NCBI GenBank assembly: GCA_019749805.1 | Contig: JAIEPH010000021.1 | Coordinates: 41,779 to 105,778 of the forward strand | DNA: 64,000 bases | Reading direction: 5' to 3' | Source of the DNA: Mycobacteriaceae bacterium | Lineage (GTDB): Bacteria > Actinomycetota > Actinomycetes > Mycobacteriales > Mycobacteriaceae | Shown here: positions 1 through 9,794 of the stretch, piece by piece | Position numbering within the stretch: the stretch's first letter is position 1 | Layout: each line of letters starts with the position of its first letter | Notes under the pieces: model-generated | Database searches by the model: none | Seen by the model: the letters and a program-made list of their open reading frames with translations, nothing else | Told to the model about the DNA's origin: nothing | Program-made: the position numbers and the translations under genes

Positions 1-1
1 C

Positions 2-748
2 AGCTTCGCCTACAACGACGCCATGCTGGCTCAGTACGCGCCGAAGCTCGTCGGGCGGCCCGCAGCATCGATCGAACAGCATGACGGCCAAGCGATTCGG
101 ATGGCGCAGGCTCTGGGCGCCGATCTCGCGCACATGGACGCCACCGAAGTGGCATTTCTCGTCGACCCGCAGCAGACGGTGCGCGGCATCCTCGTCAACG
201 GGCGCGGGCAGCGCTATGTCCCCGAGGACATGTACTCCGGCCGCATCGGGCAGCTCACGCTGTATCACCAGGACGACATCGCGTACCTGATCATCGACGG
301 TGACGCGCAGGAGGAGGCGATGGCCGCGACCTCCCCGACGCCGTTCCTCAAACGTCCGGCGACCTGGGTCTGCGACAGCGTCGCGGAACTCGAGGGCGAG
401 ATCGGCCTTCCGCCTGGCTCGTTGCAGGCCACGGTCAGCGCGTACAACGCGGCCGCAGCGCGCGGCGAGGATCCGCTGCTGCACAAGAAGCCCGAGTGGT
501 GCAAGCCCATCGGCACGCCCGTCGGCGCGATCGATCTCAGGGCGAGTTGCGCCGGGTTCACACTGGGCGGGCTGCTGACCACGCTGGAATCTGAGGTGCT
601 GCACGTCAGCGGCGAACCGATTCCCGGCCTGTATGCCGCGGGCCGCTGCACCGCAGGTGTGGCCGCGTGGGGTTACGCCAGCGGGATCTCGCTCGGTGAC
701 GGCAGCTTCTACGGCCGACGCGCGGGCCGCTCCGCCGCCAAGGGCTGA
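2..748 (+). CDS. FAD-dependent 3-ketosteroid dehydrogenase family protein, Delta4-(5alpha)-KSTD-like; 5'-truncated by the window edge
   Basis: The frame is open from base 2. It has the FAD_binding_2 C-terminal motif IPGLYAAGRC. PEDMYSGRIG and GYASGISLGDGSFYGRRAG resemble the Tyr and Tyr-x-Ser catalytic segments I recall for Rhodococcus Delta4-(5alpha)-KSTD. Confidence 0.75.
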   Translation, partial: SFAYNDAMLAQYAPKLVGRPAASIEQHDGQAIRMAQALGADLAHMDATEVAFLVDPQQTVRGILVNGRGQRYVPEDMYSGRIGQLTLYHQDDIAYLIIDGDAQEEAMAATSPTPFLKRPATWVCDSVAELEGEIGLPPGSLQATVSAYNAAAARGEDPLLHKKPEWCKPIGTPVGAIDLRASCAGFTLGGLLTTLESEVLHVSGEPIPGLYAAGRCTAGVAAWGYASGISLGDGSFYGRRAGRSAAKG

Positions 749-762
749 CAGTCGCTTCTGCA

Positions 763-825
763 CGTTGACTCTGCGCCCTGGGCGCAAAAACGCGAGTGCC
801 CCACGCCCTCACCGCAGAGTCAACG
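763..825. repeat. REP-like palindromic element (13-bp perfect inverted repeat)
   Basis: cgttgactctgcg (763-775) and cgcagagtcaacg (813-825) are exact reverse complements, just downstream of a stop codon. Confidence 0.75.
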
Positions 826-913
826 CATTTCGGCATGCCTACGTGACAGCCGCCACACTCGTATGCTACAAATAGGCATATTTCTATTAGTCATATGACC
901 GCAAGGAGGCGTC

Positions 914-1741
914 ATGACAACGATTTCCGGGACTGTCGAAACTCCGAGTGCTGTGATTGATCGGGTGTCGCTCGTGTTGGACGCCTTCGACGGACCCGGA
1001 CGTCTCAACCTGGCCCAGATCGTTCGACGCACAGGCCTGCCCCGGTCATCGGCGCACCGGATGCTCGAACGATTGGTCGCGCTGCGCTGGCTGCGCCGCA
1101 ACGGCCGTGACTACGAGCTGGGGATGCGGCTCGTGGAGCTCGGCTCGCTCGCCGTGCACCAGGACCGACTGCACCGGGCAGCGATCCCGTTGCTGCATGA
1201 TCTGCATCGCGCGACGGGACTGGTCGTCCATCTCGCCGTGTTGGACGGCTCCGACGTGGTCTATCTGGAAAAGATCGGCGACCGGATGGTGGCAGCGATA
1301 CCCACCCGCGTCGGCGGTCGTCAGCCCGCGCATTGTGCGGCGGTGGGCAAAGCGATGCTGGCTTATGACAGCGAGGCCGACGTCGTCGATCTCAGCACCC
1401 GCAAGACCAGGTACTCGATCAGCACGCCCGCGCAGCTACGCGCTGAACTGGCCAACGTTCGCGGCCGCGGCGTTGCGTTCGACCGCGAAGAGTCGGTGCC
1501 CGGATTCGGTTGTGTTGCAGCACCTATCGGCGCCCCGGGGGAAGCCGTCGCGGCGGTATCGGTGTGCGGCCCTGTCAGCCGAATGACGTTCGACCAGCGT
1601 CTTGCGGCGCCGGTGCGCATGACCGCGATGGGGATATGGCGCGACGTCGAAGATGGGCCGCGGCGAGTGGCACCAACCCTGCAACACGCGCGGCCGCTGC
1701 GCAGCGCCGCGCGCCCGGTTCCGGAGCTGCAGTACGCATGA
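914..1741 (+). CDS. IclR family transcriptional regulator
   Basis: N-terminal HTH (LAQIVRRTGLPRSSAHRML), C-terminal IclR effector domain (HCAAVGKAML, CVAAPI), and RBS aaggagg before the ATG. Confidence 0.93.
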   Translation: MTTISGTVETPSAVIDRVSLVLDAFDGPGRLNLAQIVRRTGLPRSSAHRMLERLVALRWLRRNGRDYELGMRLVELGSLAVHQDRLHRAAIPLLHDLHRATGLVVHLAVLDGSDVVYLEKIGDRMVAAIPTRVGGRQPAHCAAVGKAMLAYDSEADVVDLSTRKTRYSISTPAQLRAELANVRGRGVAFDREESVPGFGCVAAPIGAPGEAVAAVSVCGPVSRMTFDQRLAAPVRMTAMGIWRDVEDGPRRVAPTLQHARPLRSAARPVPELQYA

Positions 1742-2673
1742 CGCTGGATCCGCAGATCGCCGAGATCATCGAAGCGCTCGACGCCGGATTCCCGCCTGTG
1801 CACACGATGACCGGTGCGACGGCGCGGGCGACGATTAGGTCCCGCTTCGTCGCGGCGGCGACACCCGAAGAGGTCGGCGAAGTTCGCGACGTGTCCGTTC
1901 ACGGGCCCGCAGGCGACATCGCGGTGCGCATCTACCGCCCCGTTTCAGCGTCCGGGCCAGTGCCGACGGTGGTGTACGCGCACGGTGGCGGGTTTGTGTT
2001 CTGCGATCTCGACAGCCACGACGGACTGTGCCGCAGCTTGGCGAATCTGATTCCCGCCGTGGTGGTTTCCGTCGCATACCGGCTGGCGCCGGAAGCGCCG
2101 TGGCCGGCTGCCGCTGAAGACGTGTTCGCGGTGACGCACTGGGCCGCCCGTAACGCGGACGCCCTCGGCGGCTATCCGGGCCGAATAGTCGTGGGTGGCG
2201 ACAGTGCGGGTGGCCACATCGCGGCGACGGTCGCGCTGATGGCACGCGATCGCGGAGCGCCTAGGCTCGCGGCGCAGTTGCTGCTGTACCCGATGATCTC
2301 TCCGCAGTGCGACACGGAGTCGTATCGCGTGTTCGGCGAAGGGTACTACAACCCCCGACTCGCATTGCAGTGGTATTGGGAACAGTACGTGCCCTCCCCC
2401 GTCGACCGCGAACATCCATACGCTGCACCGCTTTCCGCCGACTTGTCTGGCATGCCACCCGCCGTACTCGTGACGGCAGGTCACGATCCTCTGCGGGATG
2501 AAGGAATCGCATTCGGTGAGGCGCTCACCGGTGCCGGCGTTCGATTGACGCATCGGCACTACGAGGGCGCCGTTCACGGGTTCATGACCATGCCCGTGCT
2601 CGACCTTGCCCAAGAGGCACGAAGGCGAGCAGGCGAAGACCTGTCCGCGATCCTCGCCGGTGCACATGTCTGA
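1738..2673 (+). CDS. Alpha/beta hydrolase (HSL/family IV esterase-lipase)
   Basis: HGGGF oxyanion motif, GDSAGG nucleophile, DPLRDEG and HGF. The ATG at 1738 overlaps the IclR stop (ATGA); the ORF-track start at 1510 is too far upstream. Confidence 0.92.
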   Translation: MTLDPQIAEIIEALDAGFPPVHTMTGATARATIRSRFVAAATPEEVGEVRDVSVHGPAGDIAVRIYRPVSASGPVPTVVYAHGGGFVFCDLDSHDGLCRSLANLIPAVVVSVAYRLAPEAPWPAAAEDVFAVTHWAARNADALGGYPGRIVVGGDSAGGHIAATVALMARDRGAPRLAAQLLLYPMISPQCDTESYRVFGEGYYNPRLALQWYWEQYVPSPVDREHPYAAPLSADLSGMPPAVLVTAGHDPLRDEGIAFGEALTGAGVRLTHRHYEGAVHGFMTMPVLDLAQEARRRAGEDLSAILAGAHV

Positions 2674-3013
2674 CGGTGCGGTCTACGTCGTCGACCATGT
2701 CGTGACGCAGCCGGGACGAGCCAAAGAATTCATCGACCGATACCTCGCTGAATACGCTCCCGGAGCCCGTGAACGCGGAATGACGTTGCACGACATCCTC
2801 GTCAGCCCGCCCATCTGGTTCACCGGTCAGTCCAACACGGTCACCGTCCGCTGGTCGCTGCCGAGTGCGCAGGCGTGGTGGGAGATGACGTGGAAGGGCA
2901 GGCCCGACTCCAGCGTCGGCCGATGGTGGACGACGATCGGCGAGCTGGTCTGTCAACGGTCACGCAGTGTGGCGGCCGCCGCCGACGATGTCGACGAACT
3001 CTGCGATGTTTAA
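2666..3013 (+). CDS. Hypothetical protein, probable dimeric alpha/beta-barrel (NIPSNAP-like)
   Basis: 115 aa, overlapping both neighbours. The pattern 'VVDHVVTQPGRAKEFIDRY...NTVTVRW' suggests a ferredoxin-like barrel (inference). Confidence 0.6.
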   Translation: MSDGAVYVVDHVVTQPGRAKEFIDRYLAEYAPGARERGMTLHDILVSPPIWFTGQSNTVTVRWSLPSAQAWWEMTWKGRPDSSVGRWWTTIGELVCQRSRSVAAAADDVDELCDV

Positions 3014-3638
3014 TCTCACCAGGCTGATTCACCTGGCACCGGGCGAGGAACCCCATGCACTGATACCCGCCCTCCGTGCCATCGCGGATGCATCGGTGGC
3101 GGCGCACGTCCTCATCGAACCGACGCTGCCCGGTGTCCGCAACGGCGGCGACATTCTGATGCACCTCCGCTTCTCCGATCTACAGGGGCGGACCGAGACT
3201 GCCGCCCAGCTCGACGAAGCGCTCGATTCCTCGGCGGTCGAGCACGTCGACGGGGCCGAATATCGTGGTGCGGCACACAAAACCGCCGGCGAGCAGCCCG
3301 CAACTGTCTATCGGACCCTGCTGCTGCGGGTGGCGCCCGACACCGATGAAACCCTCATCGAGCGGTTCGAGAGCGACCTCGCCCTGATGCCGCACTATGT
3401 GCGCACGATCACGGCATGGCAGTTGAGCCGGGTCGAGCGCGCCGTCGGTGCGTCGTCGTGGACCCACGTGTTCGAACAACATTTCACCGACGTCGACGGC
3501 CTGATGGGACCATACTTGATGCATCCGATCCACTGGGCCCATGTCGACCGATGGTTCGATCCCGAGTGTCCCGATGTGATCGTTTGGGACCGGGTGTGTC
3601 ACAGCTTCTGCCGCAGCGACACCGCGGTTTTGGGCTAG
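3006..3638 (+). CDS. Dabb / stress-responsive A/B barrel family protein (two-domain)
   Basis: Two repeated barrel-like halves ('TRLIHL...' and 'YRTLLLRV...THVFEQHF...YLMHPIH'). The ATG at 3006 overlaps the upstream stop. Confidence 0.65.
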   Translation: MFNLTRLIHLAPGEEPHALIPALRAIADASVAAHVLIEPTLPGVRNGGDILMHLRFSDLQGRTETAAQLDEALDSSAVEHVDGAEYRGAAHKTAGEQPATVYRTLLLRVAPDTDETLIERFESDLALMPHYVRTITAWQLSRVERAVGASSWTHVFEQHFTDVDGLMGPYLMHPIHWAHVDRWFDPECPDVIVWDRVCHSFCRSDTAVLG

Positions 3639-4522
3639 ATGCCGGCAGGCAGGATGTTCGGGTTCGCGGTGCTCGGTGGTTCCAACGACGGCAGCGCCGA
3701 GCTGCCGTCGAGGGTGTGTACCACGAGTTGCTGAGACCATGGATAGTGCAGGCTGAAAGCCACGAGCCCCGTGCGCTCGGCAGCGGGCCGGTGACACATC
3801 GCCAACACGGTCTCGGCGAGGTACTCGACCGGTTCCGTCGGGAACGTATCCGGGATCAGCGCTGAGGCACCGGGTGTGCGCACCGCAGTGGACGGACCAA
3901 CACAGTTGACCGCGATGTTCGCGTCGAGCAGTTCGGCAGCGACGCCCTGCGTGAACCGATGCAAGGCCGCCTTGATCGACGCGTAGACGACGTCGCCCGA
4001 GGTCTTGTTGTACTCGCGGTACGGCCGGACCGGCGCGACTCCGGTCACCGATCCGATGTTGACGATCCAGCCGGCGCCTTGCGCGCGCATACCGGGCACC
4101 GCCGCCTTGGTCAACACGAACGGCGCGCGTAGATAATGCTCCACTGTGCGTTCGAAGGTATCCAGCGACATGTCCTCGACCATCGAATAGTCAGCGAAAC
4201 CAGCGTTGTTGACCAGGATGTCGAGCCGGCCGGTGCTGTCGAGTACCCGCTGGACGAGGTGGTCGCGATCATCGGGGTTCTCCAGGTCCGCCGCCATCCC
4301 GATCGCGTGTCCGCCCGCCGCCTCGATGAGCTCGATGGTTTCGCCGATCGTGCCGGGAAGCGCCGCGGACGATCCCCAACGCAAGGACTGTGACGGCTCA
4401 TTCGAACGCGCCGTCACCACGACCGTCGCGCCCTCGGCCGCCAAGCGCTGCGCGATCGCCCGGCCGATGCCCCGGCTGCTGCCCGTGACCAAAGCTGTTT
4501 TACCGCTGAGCAATCGAGTCAT
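3635..4522 (-). CDS. SDR family oxidoreductase
   Basis: TGSSRGIG, NNAG and YASIK (YxxxK). The start MTRLLSGK at 4522 overlaps the BVMO stop. Confidence 0.92.
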   Translation of the reverse strand: MTRLLSGKTALVTGSSRGIGRAIAQRLAAEGATVVVTARSNEPSQSLRWGSSAALPGTIGETIELIEAAGGHAIGMAADLENPDDRDHLVQRVLDSTGRLDILVNNAGFADYSMVEDMSLDTFERTVEHYLRAPFVLTKAAVPGMRAQGAGWIVNIGSVTGVAPVRPYREYNKTSGDVVYASIKAALHRFTQGVAAELLDANIAVNCVGPSTAVRTPGASALIPDTFPTEPVEYLAETVLAMCHRPAAERTGLVAFSLHYPWSQQLVVHTLDGSSALPSLEPPSTANPNILPAGI

Positions 4523-6438
4523 CGCAGGTCGTAATGCTCTTCGATGGGTGCACGGTGCTGATGCCACAGATCGACCAGTCGGTACGGAGTGGCCACCACG
4601 ACACGGCCCGAACCGGACCGGTAATACGTGTGCGCGTTCGGCGTGTGGCACCACACTGTGCCCGCCATCGCCTCGTCGATCGCGGCGACGTAGTCGTCGT
4701 GCGCTTGCTGCGTCACCTCGATCGCCGTCGCCCCGCGCAGTGCCATCAGTTGCAGGCATTCGATGATGTAGTGCGCCATCACTTCCATCGAGAAGTTCGC
4801 GCCCGCACCGTGGCCCGGACTGTAATTCGGTGCCGAGTTGATGAACAGGTTGGGGAAGCCGGGTACCGTGCCACCGCGATAGGCGCGGGGACTGTCGCCC
4901 CATTCGCCGGCGAGAGTGCGACCACCGCGGCCGCGAATGTCGATGGTCGACAGGAAGTCCAGGTGATAGCCGGTGGCGTAGATGATGACGTCGAGATCGA
5001 TTTGGCGACCGTCGGCCGTGACGATCCCCCGCTCGTTGACTTCGGCGGGCTCACTGGCCTCGACGTCGACGTGACTGCGGGTCAGTGCCGCGTAGTAGCC
5101 ACCCGGATCCCGGATGATGCGCTTACCGTACGGTGCGAAATCAGGTGTCACCTTCCTCGCCAATTCGCTGTCCGCCCCGAAGGTTCGGTCGATGTACTCC
5201 AGGCACATCTGCAGCAGCACGTCGTTGGCCGGTGAGATCGACAGGTGCTCACTTGCCCAATCCGGATCTTGCAGTATCACCGGATAGTTGTTGTCGGACG
5301 TGGCCCAGTACGACTTGAGCCGGTGCCAGTTCGCGTAGTACGGCACGTGGCGCCCCAGGTAGCGCCGAAACTCGGGCACGTCGTCGGTCGGCCGCTTACG
5401 CGGAGCGACCCAGTGCGGCTGGCGTTGGAAAACCGTCAGGTGCTCGACCTCATCGACGCAGGCGTCGACAATCTGCACGGCCGTACAGCCGGCGCCGATG
5501 ACCGCGACCCGCTTACCGGTGAGATCCAGCGACGAGTCCCACTGTGCCGAATGAATACTCGTGCCCGCGAAAGTGTCCCGGCCACCGACGTCGGGCCAGC
5601 GTGGACGGTTGAGGTATCCGGCGGCGGTGATCACCACGCGGTGATGGCTGATCCGACGATGGCCGTCACGATCCACCGTCTCGATGCGCCACTGACGTCG
5701 GTCTTCCTCCCATGTCAGCGCCTCGACCTCGGTGCCGAACCGGATGTGGTCGCGCAGTCTGTACTTGTCGGCCAGCGACACCAGGTAGGCCTGATACTCC
5801 GCGCCCTGCGGGTAGTAGCTCGTCCAGTCGGGATTGACCTCACGCGACAGCGAGTAATACGCCGACGGCGTATCCACACCGATCCCCGGGTAGGTCGTCG
5901 TCAGCCAGGTCCCACCGACTTCGTCGTTGCGGTCGAAGATCTCGTACGCGACACCGGCGTCCGCAACAGCGAACGCGGCGATCATCCCCGCCAGACCCGC
6001 GCCGATGATCGCCACACTCGTCGTCGCCGGGATCGGCACAGTGCGGGGCAATGTCGGCTGCGACAGCTGAAAGCCGCCCTGTTCGAGCAACAGCGGAACG
6101 AACTCGTCGTCGACCTCAGAGCCGAGCGCGAGCGGCAGCAACCGGGTGAACAGTTCCGGGTCGGCAACACGATGAGCTGACGGGCTGTCGAGCGCGTCGA
6201 GGACTGCCGATGCCAATATTTCAGCGGTCTTGGGGTCGGTGACCCCCGCCCGCTCGGGCGGGTCGGGCACGTGTGTAATCGCCGGCCCGAACCTGTCGAT
6301 CACCGACGCGTCGCCGGTGAGCTGAGCCAGCACCGCGACTAGCACACCCGGGTCGGCCTGTCGCAGGTTCGCGCGGAGCTCGACAGGATCGAACCCGGAA
6401 CGGGTGGTCGCCCGAACGGTTTCGGCATCAGTGGTCAC
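4519..6438 (-). CDS. Type I Baeyer-Villiger monooxygenase with N-terminal extension (HapE-like)
   Basis: Two Rossmann motifs (GAGLAG, GAGCTA), GGTW, the BVMO fingerprint FAGTSIHSAQW (FxGxxxHxxxW) and ATGY. GTG start inferred at 6438. Confidence 0.88.
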   Translation of the reverse strand: MTTDAETVRATTRSGFDPVELRANLRQADPGVLVAVLAQLTGDASVIDRFGPAITHVPDPPERAGVTDPKTAEILASAVLDALDSPSAHRVADPELFTRLLPLALGSEVDDEFVPLLLEQGGFQLSQPTLPRTVPIPATTSVAIIGAGLAGMIAAFAVADAGVAYEIFDRNDEVGGTWLTTTYPGIGVDTPSAYYSLSREVNPDWTSYYPQGAEYQAYLVSLADKYRLRDHIRFGTEVEALTWEEDRRQWRIETVDRDGHRRISHHRVVITAAGYLNRPRWPDVGGRDTFAGTSIHSAQWDSSLDLTGKRVAVIGAGCTAVQIVDACVDEVEHLTVFQRQPHWVAPRKRPTDDVPEFRRYLGRHVPYYANWHRLKSYWATSDNNYPVILQDPDWASEHLSISPANDVLLQMCLEYIDRTFGADSELARKVTPDFAPYGKRIIRDPGGYYAALTRSHVDVEASEPAEVNERGIVTADGRQIDLDVIIYATGYHLDFLSTIDIRGRGGRTLAGEWGDSPRAYRGGTVPGFPNLFINSAPNYSPGHGAGANFSMEVMAHYIIECLQLMALRGATAIEVTQQAHDDYVAAIDEAMAGTVWCHTPNAHTYYRSGSGRVVVATPYRLVDLWHQHRAPIEEHYDLR

Positions 6439-6484
6439 GACAACGGAGTATCGACGCCGCGTCGATGGCTGCGGGGGGTCATGT

Positions 6485-6499
6485 CTACTGAGCGGGACA
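6485..6499. promoter_or_regulatory. Candidate operator, copy 1 (divergent BVMO / acyl-CoA dehydrogenase promoter)
   Basis: ctactgagcgggaca; the same motif recurs at 16322, 18815 and 19478. Confidence 0.45.
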
Positions 6500-6539
6500 C
6501 TCATCGTCCTCGCAGTGCACGCGGGCCTACTCTGCGGCA

Positions 6540-7691
6540 ATGGATCGCGTGCATTACGAACCCGACCACCGCGCATTCGGAAAACTGGCCGGCGATTTTG
6601 CACGCAAGGAGGTCGCACCGTTCATTGCCGCCTGGGAGGACGCCGGGATCATTCCCCGTCAGGTGTTCGCCGAAGCTGGAGCCGTCGGGCTGCTGGGCTT
6701 TGCGGCCGGCGAACAATTCGGTGGCGTCGAAGCGCGTGATTTCCGCTACAACCAGATCCTGATCGAATCGTTCATGGATGCAGACTGCGGTGCTGTCGGT
6801 TTGAGTTTCGCGGTTCACAACGACATCTGCCTGCCCTATCTTGCCGACCTGTCCACCGCCGAACAACGCGCTCGGTGGCTGCCGGGCTTCGTTTCCGGAG
6901 ACCTCATCGCAGCCATCGGGATGACCGAGCCCGGCGCGGGCTCTGATGTGGCCGGAATCCGCACCGCGGCCGTCGACGCCGGCGATCACTTCTGCGTCAA
7001 CGGCGCGAAGACGTTCATCACCAACGGACAGAACGCCGATCTGGTGATCACCTGCGTGCGCACCTCAGCCGACAGGCACCGCGGCTTGACGCTGCTCGTG
7101 CTCGAGCGGGGTATGCCCGGCTTCGAGCGCGGCCGCAACCTGGACAAGCTCGGACTGCACTGCCAGGACACGTCGGAGCTGATCCTCACCGACGTGATGG
7201 TGCCGAAAGACAACGTATTGGGCGAGGTGGGGCGGGGATTCGAATATCTGATGCGGAATCTGCCGCAGGAACGGATGCAGATCGCGGTCGGCAGCCTCGG
7301 CCGCGCCCGCGCGGCGCTGCGCTGGACGATCGACTACGTGCGCGACCGCACCGCATTCGGTAAACCCATCGGCGCGCTGCAGAACACCCGCTTCGTCCTC
7401 GCCGACGTCGCCACCGAGGTATCGGTGGCCGAAGCGTTCGTCGACCGCTGCGTCGTCGAACTCAATGCCGGGCGGCTGTCACCCGCTGACGCCGCGAAAG
7501 CCAAGTTGTGGGCCACGGAGATGGAGTTCCGGTGTCTTGATTCCTGCCAGCAGCTGTTCGGCGGCTACGGGTACATGCGCGAATACCCCATCGCCCGCTC
7601 CGCGATCGACGCCAGGGTCACGCGCGTCTATGGCGGCACTTCGGAGATCATGCGCGAAATCATCGGCCGTGAACTGAACCTCGCGCAGTGA
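6540..7691 (+). CDS. Acyl-CoA dehydrogenase (LCAD-like)
   Basis: IGMTEPGAGSD, NGAKTFITNG, QLFGGYGYMREY and YGGTSEIM. Confidence 0.95.
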   Translation: MDRVHYEPDHRAFGKLAGDFARKEVAPFIAAWEDAGIIPRQVFAEAGAVGLLGFAAGEQFGGVEARDFRYNQILIESFMDADCGAVGLSFAVHNDICLPYLADLSTAEQRARWLPGFVSGDLIAAIGMTEPGAGSDVAGIRTAAVDAGDHFCVNGAKTFITNGQNADLVITCVRTSADRHRGLTLLVLERGMPGFERGRNLDKLGLHCQDTSELILTDVMVPKDNVLGEVGRGFEYLMRNLPQERMQIAVGSLGRARAALRWTIDYVRDRTAFGKPIGALQNTRFVLADVATEVSVAEAFVDRCVVELNAGRLSPADAAKAKLWATEMEFRCLDSCQQLFGGYGYMREYPIARSAIDARVTRVYGGTSEIMREIIGRELNLAQ

Positions 7692-9259
7692 AGGACGAAC
7701 GTATGCAGGTGCGCAGCCACACCCTCGGTGACATTCCACGCCGGACCGCCCGCAGACATCCGAACAAAGTCGCCCTCATCGATGGCGACGTCACGCTGAC
7801 CTTTGCCGAATTCGACGAGCTGGTCGACCGTGCGGCGGCCGCTCTGCGGGACAACGGGTTCGGGTCCGGTGACCGCGTGGCGTTGTTGGCGCACAACTGC
7901 TGGCAGTATGCGGTTCTGGCGTTCGCCACCGCCCGGGCGGGCGTCGTGCTCGTGCCGATCAACTTCATGCTCACCGCCGACGAGATCGCCTACATTCTGG
8001 GCCACAGCGGGGTCCGGGGATTCATCGTCGAACACGACCTGATCCCGACCGCGGACGCGGCGATGGCCCGCGCGGGGTCGGTGATCACCAAGGTCACCTT
8101 GAATGCCGATGGGCAGCGCGCACCGTACGGCTGGCATGACTTCGCGCATTGGCTGACCACCACCACTTCGCCGCCGGACGTCGAGATCGCCGATGATCAG
8201 TTGCTGCGCCTGATGTACACCAGTGGCACCGAATCGCGTCCCAAGGGGGTCATGCACTCCAGCCGCAGCCTGATGTCCAATTACGTCAGCACCATCGTGG
8301 CCGGGTCGATGTCGGAGGACGATATCGAGATTCACTCGATGCCGCTCTACCACTGCGCCCAGCTCGACAATTTCCTGGCGACCGACATCTACCTGGGCGC
8401 TACGAGCATCATCCTTCCGCGTCCTGATCCTGAGGTGATCTTGCGCAGCATCGGGGAACACGGAGCGACCAATTTCTTTGCCCCGCCGACCATCTGGATC
8501 AGCCTGCTGCGCTCGCCCATCATCGACAAGGTCGACCTGAGCAGCCTGCGCAAGGGCTACTACGGCGCATCGGCGATGCCCACCGAGATCCTGCTCGAGC
8601 TCCGCGAGCGCCTGCCCGACCTGCAGTTGTGGAACTTCTACGGTCAGACCGAGATGGGCCCCCTGGCAAGCGCATTGGGGCCCACCGATCAGGCGGACCA
8701 CGGCGGTGCGGCGGGCCGGCCCGCGATCAACGTCGAGACCACCATCCTCGACGACACAGATACCCCCGTTTCGGCGGGAACGGTCGGAGAGATCGCGCAC
8801 CGCGGGCCGCATCTCATGCTGGGTTACCTCGACGACCCGATGCACACCGCGGAAGCGTTCCGCGGCGGATGGTTTCATTCCGGAGACCTCGGCTACTACG
8901 ACGAGTTCGGGCTCCTGCACGTCGTCGACCGTAAGAAGGACATGATCAAGACGGGTGGCGAGAACGTCGCGAGCCGTGAGGTGGAGGAGGTGCTCTACCG
9001 GCATCCAGGCGTGGAAGAAGTCGCCGTGTTCGGTGTTCCGCATCCGGTCTGGGTGGAGGCTGTCGTCGCGGCAGTCGTCACGCGCGACGGCGTGAGCCCG
9101 ACCGAGGCTGAACTGCTCACCCACTGCCGCGACCACCTCGCCGGGTACAAGACGCCGAAGCAGGTCCACTTCGTCGAAGTGTTACCGAAGAACCCGAGCG
9201 GCAAGCTGCTCAAGCGTGATCTGCGCACCCGATTCGGCGAGCAGAACGTGTTCCACTGA
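7688..9259 (+). CDS. Acyl-CoA synthetase (AMP-binding, FadD-like)
   Basis: YTSGTESRPKG, YGQTE, GWFHSGDLG, DRKKDMIKTGGENV and PKNPSGKLLK. Alternative start at 7703. Confidence 0.95.
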   Translation: MKDERMQVRSHTLGDIPRRTARRHPNKVALIDGDVTLTFAEFDELVDRAAAALRDNGFGSGDRVALLAHNCWQYAVLAFATARAGVVLVPINFMLTADEIAYILGHSGVRGFIVEHDLIPTADAAMARAGSVITKVTLNADGQRAPYGWHDFAHWLTTTTSPPDVEIADDQLLRLMYTSGTESRPKGVMHSSRSLMSNYVSTIVAGSMSEDDIEIHSMPLYHCAQLDNFLATDIYLGATSIILPRPDPEVILRSIGEHGATNFFAPPTIWISLLRSPIIDKVDLSSLRKGYYGASAMPTEILLELRERLPDLQLWNFYGQTEMGPLASALGPTDQADHGGAAGRPAINVETTILDDTDTPVSAGTVGEIAHRGPHLMLGYLDDPMHTAEAFRGGWFHSGDLGYYDEFGLLHVVDRKKDMIKTGGENVASREVEEVLYRHPGVEEVAVFGVPHPVWVEAVVAAVVTRDGVSPTEAELLTHCRDHLAGYKTPKQVHFVEVLPKNPSGKLLKRDLRTRFGEQNVFH

Positions 9260-9308
9260 CCGGGCACAGCCATTCCCCGGGAGAGCTTTTGGGAGTTCAC
9301 TCACTCGC

Positions 9309-9794
9309 ATGAGTGACGACATCACGCTGTCTGAGATCCAGGAATTCATCGCCGGGTTCTGGTACCACTACGACCAGGGCCACTTCGACGAGCTGGCCAC
9401 CCGAATCGGTGACGAGATGGAGTACCTGAGCCGGTCCGATTCCGGCCACTGCCCGTTCGAGGATCTGTTGGCGGCCGAACTGCACGGTGGCGCCGAGACG
9501 CTGGCGTGGCTCACGCAGCACCGGAACGAGAACCCCTACCCGCTGCGCCATCACGCGACCAACATCTTCCGTACCGGTAGCGATGGTGCCGTGACCGATG
9601 CGCGCTTTTATCTGTACGTCAATCAGATCACCAATAATGTCCCGTTCGACGTCTCCAGCGGCGTCGTCGATGTCGGGATACGGCGGGCCGGTGATGGCCT
9701 GGTGTTCACGTCGATGAGGGTGGTGCTCGACGCCGAGGATTCGATTCCCTTTGCCGAACACAGCGCGAAGAGTGCGGCCACGGCAGGCACATGA
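9309..9794 (+). CDS. NTF2-like / SnoaL-like domain protein
   Basis: 161 aa with 'IQEFIAGFWYHYDQGHFDELA' and 'LRHHATNI', typical of the SnoaL fold. Its stop overlaps the next start. Confidence 0.7.
   Translation: MSDDITLSEIQEFIAGFWYHYDQGHFDELATRIGDEMEYLSRSDSGHCPFEDLLAAELHGGAETLAWLTQHRNENPYPLRHHATNIFRTGSDGAVTDARFYLYVNQITNNVPFDVSSGVVDVGIRRAGDGLVFTSMRVVLDAEDSIPFAEHSAKSAATAGT

Noticed and set aside
7628-9169. 513-aa minus-strand ORF
   Set aside because: It is antisense to a clear acyl-CoA synthetase. Long shadow ORFs are expected at this GC content.
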